From Alistipes sp. (GTDB taxonomy: Bacteria; Bacteroidota; Bacteroidia; Bacteroidales; Rikenellaceae), in the NCBI GenBank assembly GCA_017555905.1, contig JAFZFP010000012.1:29698-93697 (forward strand): a stretch of DNA of 64,000 nucleotides. Reading direction: 5' to 3'. This document shows, one piece after another, positions 59,561 to 64,000 of the stretch (position 1 is its first letter; every line of letters starts with the position of its first letter). The notes under the pieces are model-generated. The model made no database searches. It had not been told where the DNA came from and saw only the letters and a list, made by a program, of their open reading frames with translations. A program made the position numbers and the translations under genes.

Positions 59561-60294
59561 GACTCATTGTAGATGTCGGAAATAGCCGAGCCAAGGTCGT
59601 AGTTCTCGACAATCGAGGCACCACGCTTGAGGAGCGCATCACGGAGAGTATAACATCCGAGGAGGTAGCGCAACTCATTGAACGTCACCCCAATATACGC
59701 AAGGCTATAGTGGCTACAACACGTGGTAATGGAGCAGAGTTGAAGGCCCTCTTGGAGGAGCATATCGACTACGTGCTACACTTCGACCCTGCCACCACGC
59801 CAATCCCCATTGGCAACCTCTACCACACCCCAAAGACTCTGGGTGCTGACCGTCTTGCTGCGGCTGTGGGAGTGGCTGAGATGTACCCTGCTACGGACAT
59901 TATGGTCATCGACTTCGGCACGGCCATCACCATCGACTATGTGGTTGGTGGAGCCTTCGTGGGAGGCAACATATCGCCAGGCGTGACAACACGCTTTAGA
60001 GCCCTTGCCGACTACACTGCCTGCCTGCCTCTTTGCTCCGCAACGGAGGAGGTTTTGGACTACGGCGCAACGACACGCGAGGCTATCGAACAGGGTGTTA
60101 TGCGAGGTGTCGAACACGAAATTAGGGGTTATGTCAAGGAGTTTCTAAGAAAAAATAGCGAAAATCGCATAATTTTCACCGGAGGTGACGCAAAATATTT
60201 TGTAGAGAGAATAAAAAACGCGATATTTGCAGACTGTGAGCCTGTGCTTTTTGGACTCACCACAATTTTGGAGTATAATGCAGAAGAGTTTTAG
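59557..60294 (+). CDS. coaX: Type III pantothenate kinase
   Basis: DVGNSR.K, LGADR, IDFGTA.T, GG.ISPG, TGGD. Confidence 0.93.
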   Translation: MRLIVDVGNSRAKVVVLDNRGTTLEERITESITSEEVAQLIERHPNIRKAIVATTRGNGAELKALLEEHIDYVLHFDPATTPIPIGNLYHTPKTLGADRLAAAVGVAEMYPATDIMVIDFGTAITIDYVVGGAFVGGNISPGVTTRFRALADYTACLPLCSATEEVLDYGATTREAIEQGVMRGVEHEIRGYVKEFLRKNSENRIIFTGGDAKYFVERIKNAIFADCEPVLFGLTTILEYNAEEF

Positions 60295-61678
60295 ACATAT
60301 AATCTTTGCCTTGGTCGCTGCAATGGTTCTACCATTGGCGATGGCTTCGGCACAGACGAGCAGCATCAACGCCTACTCGCCATACTCGATGTATGGCCCT
60401 GGAGAACTCACCACCCCAGGAAGTGTGCAGATGCGCTCGATGGGTGGCATCGGTATCGGTATGCGTGCCATTGGCCAGATAAACCTCCTCAACCCTGCGG
60501 CAGCGAGTGTCATCCCAAGCAAGAGTTTCCTCTTCGACGTGGGCCTCGACGCTACCCACTTCCGCAACAGCCAGGCTAAGTACGACAGTAACGGCGTGCA
60601 GACATCAAAGGCTCGTACCGCCTACAACGGTGGAAACATCCACAGTCTCGCCTTCGTATTCCCCTTGGCTAAGAATGTCGGTATGTCGTTTGGCGTGTCA
60701 CCATACAGCAGTGTGGGATACAAGGTCAAGAGCATCGACCAGAATCAGAACAACTGGGCAGATATCGGCCGTGTAGCATACGGCTTCGAGGGTGAGGGCG
60801 ACCTTACCGAGGTGAAGCTCTCGGTGGGCTGGTCCCCTTGGCAGAGGTTGGCTATCGGCGTGGCAGCGAAGTACTACTGGGGCAGTGTGACCAGAACATA
60901 CAAGGCGGCGGTTACCGACCTTATCACAGGCTCAGGCACCTACAGCCCTACTATTGGCGAGGACAACTACGTGGTAAATAACTTCAAGTTCCAGGCGGGT
61001 ATCCAGTGGAACATCATCTACAACGAGAACCGCATCCTCACGCTCGGTGCTACCTACGACCTCGGAGGAAGGCTCAACCCTAAGCTTGAGAGTTATATCT
61101 ACAACGAGAATTTTATCACCAGCATCACCTCGAACTCTGTGCGCGACCAGATCGAGAGACTCGACCTCAGAGTGCCACACCAGGTGGGCATAGGTCTCTT
61201 CTTCCGCGACCGCGCAGTGGCCTTTGGTGCTGACTACAACTACGCTATGTGGCAGGGGGGCAATGAGGGCTATCAGGAGAATACCAACCCTAACACCATC
61301 AGCGTAGGCTACACAGATACCCATACCATAAAGGTTGGTTTCGAGATAACACCACGCGCTTCCGACGTGCGTAACTACCTCAACCGAATGACCTACCGCG
61401 TAGGAGCCCGCGTCGGCAACTACTATCAAACTTTCGGTGGCAACCAGATTAACCAGTTGGCTATCACAGCAGGTTTGGGACTTCCGGTAAAGGTGTGGGG
61501 TGCCTCATCGGTAAACATCGGCTTCGAGTATGGCCGTATGTCGTCGCCTAAGAGCGCAACGATAAATGCCCAGAAGGTGGGCCTTGTGACACAAAACTAC
61601 TTCAAACTGTCGCTCGGCTTCTCGCTCTTCTCGGCAGATACCTCGGACTACTGGTTTGTACGACCTAAGTACGATTAA
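60278..61678 (+). CDS. Outer-membrane beta-barrel protein (FadL/OmpP1-like Bacteroidetes family)
   Basis: Signal peptide, SPYS.YG.G, MGG, N..NPA, PYS.VGY, C-terminal WF...KYD. Confidence 0.75.
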   Translation: MQKSFRHIIFALVAAMVLPLAMASAQTSSINAYSPYSMYGPGELTTPGSVQMRSMGGIGIGMRAIGQINLLNPAAASVIPSKSFLFDVGLDATHFRNSQAKYDSNGVQTSKARTAYNGGNIHSLAFVFPLAKNVGMSFGVSPYSSVGYKVKSIDQNQNNWADIGRVAYGFEGEGDLTEVKLSVGWSPWQRLAIGVAAKYYWGSVTRTYKAAVTDLITGSGTYSPTIGEDNYVVNNFKFQAGIQWNIIYNENRILTLGATYDLGGRLNPKLESYIYNENFITSITSNSVRDQIERLDLRVPHQVGIGLFFRDRAVAFGADYNYAMWQGGNEGYQENTNPNTISVGYTDTHTIKVGFEITPRASDVRNYLNRMTYRVGARVGNYYQTFGGNQINQLAITAGLGLPVKVWGASSVNIGFEYGRMSSPKSATINAQKVGLVTQNYFKLSLGFSLFSADTSDYWFVRPKYD

Positions 61679-61730
61679 CGCAATAGACTGACTACTAAAC
61701 AAATAAACAATAAATCAAACACAAAGACTT

Positions 61731-63080
61731 ATGAAAAGTGTAAAATTTCTTTTGGTCGCTTTGGCTATGGTCGTAGCATTTTCGGCAAATGCTCAGCAGG
61801 ACTTTAGCGACGACAGATTGTATGGTAAGTGGGGTGCTACCGTTGAGGAGCGCGAGTCGAACATCGGTGCAAGTAACTACCTCAAGGAGGCTCTCGACGC
61901 TAAGGATTTCAAGCGTGCTACAGAGTACTTCCAGCAGTTGCTCAACAACTGCCCAGCAGCATCACAGCAGACTTTTGCTCGTGGCGTAACCCTCTACAAG
62001 AACAAGGCTCAGCGTGCGCGTAGCATCGACGAGAAGCGTATGTTCATCGACTCAATCCTCTACATCTATGACCAGCGTGTCATCTACTTCGGTGACCACC
62101 AGAAGAATGGTAAGGATTACATCCTCGATATGAAGGCTCGTGATATGATGAAGTACTGCACAACAAACCGTCCTTTGCTCCGTGAGGGTCTTAAGGAGGC
62201 TATCGACGCAGGCATCGAGGCTGGTCGTACACACCTCGACATCGTCACTTCATACTTCCGTTTCCTCTGCGAGGACTTCGAGTATGATGATAGCGTGACC
62301 AGCGATATGATTCTTGCTGAGTACGAGCGTCTCTCACCACTCTTCGCTGATTGCGCAGCAGAGGATGAGCAGTATCGCGACCTCTTCGAGACAAGCTTCG
62401 GTACAAGTGGTGCTGCAAGCTGCGAGAACCTCGAGGCTCTCTTCGCTGCTAAGCTCGAGGCTGACCCAGATAACGAGGCTATCCTCTCACAGGCTGTTGC
62501 CCTTATGTCTCGCGCACAGTGTTCAAGCGACTTCTTCTTCGCTACAACCGAGAAGTACTACACTATGAAGCCATCTTCTGAGGCTGCACTCTTCCTCGCT
62601 CAGGGCTTCAAGAACCGTGGAGACCACACTAAGGCGTTGAAGTATCTCCGTGAGGCGTTGGCAGTTGAGACAGATCCTACAAAGAAGGAGCCTCTCTACG
62701 TTCAGATCGGCCTTATCGAGATCAGCAACCACAACTACGCAGCAGCAGCAGAGGCAGCACGCGAACTCCGTGGCATCAACCCACAGAACGGCTACTCTTA
62801 CTTCATCCTCGGCCAGTGCTACGCTTCAACTCCTTGTCCAGAGGATAAGGTAGGTGGTACTACCGTTTACTGGGCTGCATACGACGCTATGACTCAGGCA
62901 GCATCATTGCTCAAGGATGAGCCAGAGGTACTCAAGGCTGCTCAGCAGATGATGAACTCTTACCGCGCAGCATTCCCTCCACAGGAGCAGTGCTTCTTCG
63001 CGGAACTTAGCGCCGACGACACCTACACCATCAAGTGTGGTTTCGCTGCTGGCCAGACAACACGTGTTCGTTACCGTTAA
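61731..63080 (+). CDS. Periplasmic TPR-repeat protein
   Basis: Signal peptide, TPR-like helices, YWAA.D and FP....FF C-terminal motifs; usual position before lptC. Confidence 0.8.
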   Translation: MKSVKFLLVALAMVVAFSANAQQDFSDDRLYGKWGATVEERESNIGASNYLKEALDAKDFKRATEYFQQLLNNCPAASQQTFARGVTLYKNKAQRARSIDEKRMFIDSILYIYDQRVIYFGDHQKNGKDYILDMKARDMMKYCTTNRPLLREGLKEAIDAGIEAGRTHLDIVTSYFRFLCEDFEYDDSVTSDMILAEYERLSPLFADCAAEDEQYRDLFETSFGTSGAASCENLEALFAAKLEADPDNEAILSQAVALMSRAQCSSDFFFATTEKYYTMKPSSEAALFLAQGFKNRGDHTKALKYLREALAVETDPTKKEPLYVQIGLIEISNHNYAAAAEAARELRGINPQNGYSYFILGQCYASTPCPEDKVGGTTVYWAAYDAMTQAASLLKDEPEVLKAAQQMMNSYRAAFPPQEQCFFAELSADDTYTIKCGFAAGQTTRVRYR

Positions 63081-63101
63081 TCCAAACACACGGACAGCGT
63101 A

Positions 63102-64000
63102 ATGACCAAGACTATAAGAAGATACGCAATGATAGCACTCTCCATCGTGGGGAGTGCTACATTGCTACTCTCTTGTAGCAAGAAGTCGGACCCCGTAGCC
63201 TTCGACTACGAGACGCTGATGACCGAATCGAGCCAAAACCGTACTATCGTAATGATGGACAACGGCAAACGCTCATACACCTTCACATCCCCACTTATGG
63301 AGGGATATAGCCTGGCAACAAACCCCTATCAGGAGTTCCGCCGAGGTATATCAATGACAACATACACCGACACCCTCTCGATGGTAGATGCCACAATCAC
63401 AGCAAACTACGCCATCTACTACGAACGACAGAAACTCTGGGAAGCAAAAGGTAACGTGGTGATTATCAAACGCCTACGCAATGGCGCAGATACCACCGTG
63501 ACGGGTCTTACGGAGATCTATACTCAGCAACTATTCTGGAATGCCACGACAAAGAAGATATACTCGAATGTCGATACAAAGGTGCTACAACCCGATGGCT
63601 GGCACTTTGGCGTGGGATTCGATGCTGACGACGACCTTAAGAACATCCACTTCCGCAAGTACAGTTCCGAGATGGAGTTCGATATGAGTCAGCCAACTCC
63701 CGAAGAGCGCAAGGCTCGCGAAGAGGCCAAAGCCAAGGAGCAGAACGAGAAGGGGGCAACGACAACGAAGGGCGCAATGACAGAGAGGGGTGACAAGAGT
63801 TCACCCAAGGGCGCGATAACAGGTGGTGCGAAACCCGACATTCGCGACTTCAATAACAGCCGCAACAACCAACAGAACAAGGGGGCAACACTCCGTAGTG
63901 GCAACTCCACAAGCAAGAGCAACGACCTTCGCCCATCCTTGGATAATAAGGTGCCTATAGCGGAGCCACAACGCAATGGCGAGGCTATACCAAAGACACC
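63102..64000 (+). CDS. lptC: LPS export periplasmic protein LptC, runs off the window (absent from the ORF track)
   Basis: ATG at 63102, lipobox LLS-C, EF.RG, ITANYA, LWEAKGNV, YTQQLFWN...KKIYSN, G.GFDAD; low-complexity tail. Confidence 0.85.
   Translation, partial: MTKTIRRYAMIALSIVGSATLLLSCSKKSDPVAFDYETLMTESSQNRTIVMMDNGKRSYTFTSPLMEGYSLATNPYQEFRRGISMTTYTDTLSMVDATITANYAIYYERQKLWEAKGNVVIIKRLRNGADTTVTGLTEIYTQQLFWNATTKKIYSNVDTKVLQPDGWHFGVGFDADDDLKNIHFRKYSSEMEFDMSQPTPEERKAREEAKAKEQNEKGATTTKGAMTERGDKSSPKGAITGGAKPDIRDFNNSRNNQQNKGATLRSGNSTSKSNDLRPSLDNKVPIAEPQRNGEAIPKT
63133..63159 (+). terminator. Hairpin embedded in the lptC signal-peptide codons
   Basis: tagcactctcca-tcg-tggggagtgcta. Confidence 0.45.

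Noticed and set aside
63689-63976. 95-aa minus-strand ORF with VIAP repeats
   Set aside because: Antisense mirror of the LptC tail.
1-64000. CRISPR arrays, integrases, transposases, prophage, rRNA
   Set aside because: No regularly spaced repeats or diagnostic motifs were seen by eye.

Overview
A mostly core-chromosome segment of a Bacteroidales genome, most likely Rikenellaceae/Alistipes-like. This is inferred from Bacteroidetes TTTG-N19-20-TAnnTTTG promoters, porX-tsaE synteny, futalosine-pathway mqnC and DUF4290/DUF3822-type genes. It holds tRNA-Leu(CAG), tRNA-Asp(GTC), a complete nqrABCDEF operon, mutS, thyA-folA, lpxH, rnr, birA, gcvH, porX-tsaE, HU-bS22-rng-mfd-coaX and the start of lptC, plus several outer-membrane and lipoprotein genes. 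I saw no integrase, transposase, CRISPR array or recognisable defence system. The most unusual signals are non-coding. (1) An AT-rich, integrase-less 1.4-kb islet at the tRNA-Leu 3' end, bounded by a 38-40-bp direct repeat and carrying a cloverleaf of palindromes plus one lipoprotein gene. (2) A second single-lipoprotein cassette bounded by a duplicated 35-bp terminator. (3) An ERIC/RPE-like palindromic repeat family with compensatory base changes. (4) A ~260-nt structured leader with crossing helices between DUF4290 and a pseudo-receiver sigma54-type ATPase. A HAD phosphatase is frameshifted in a G6 run, and a 29-aa bS22 gene is missing from the ORF track. All family assignments come from motif recognition by eye; no searches were run.
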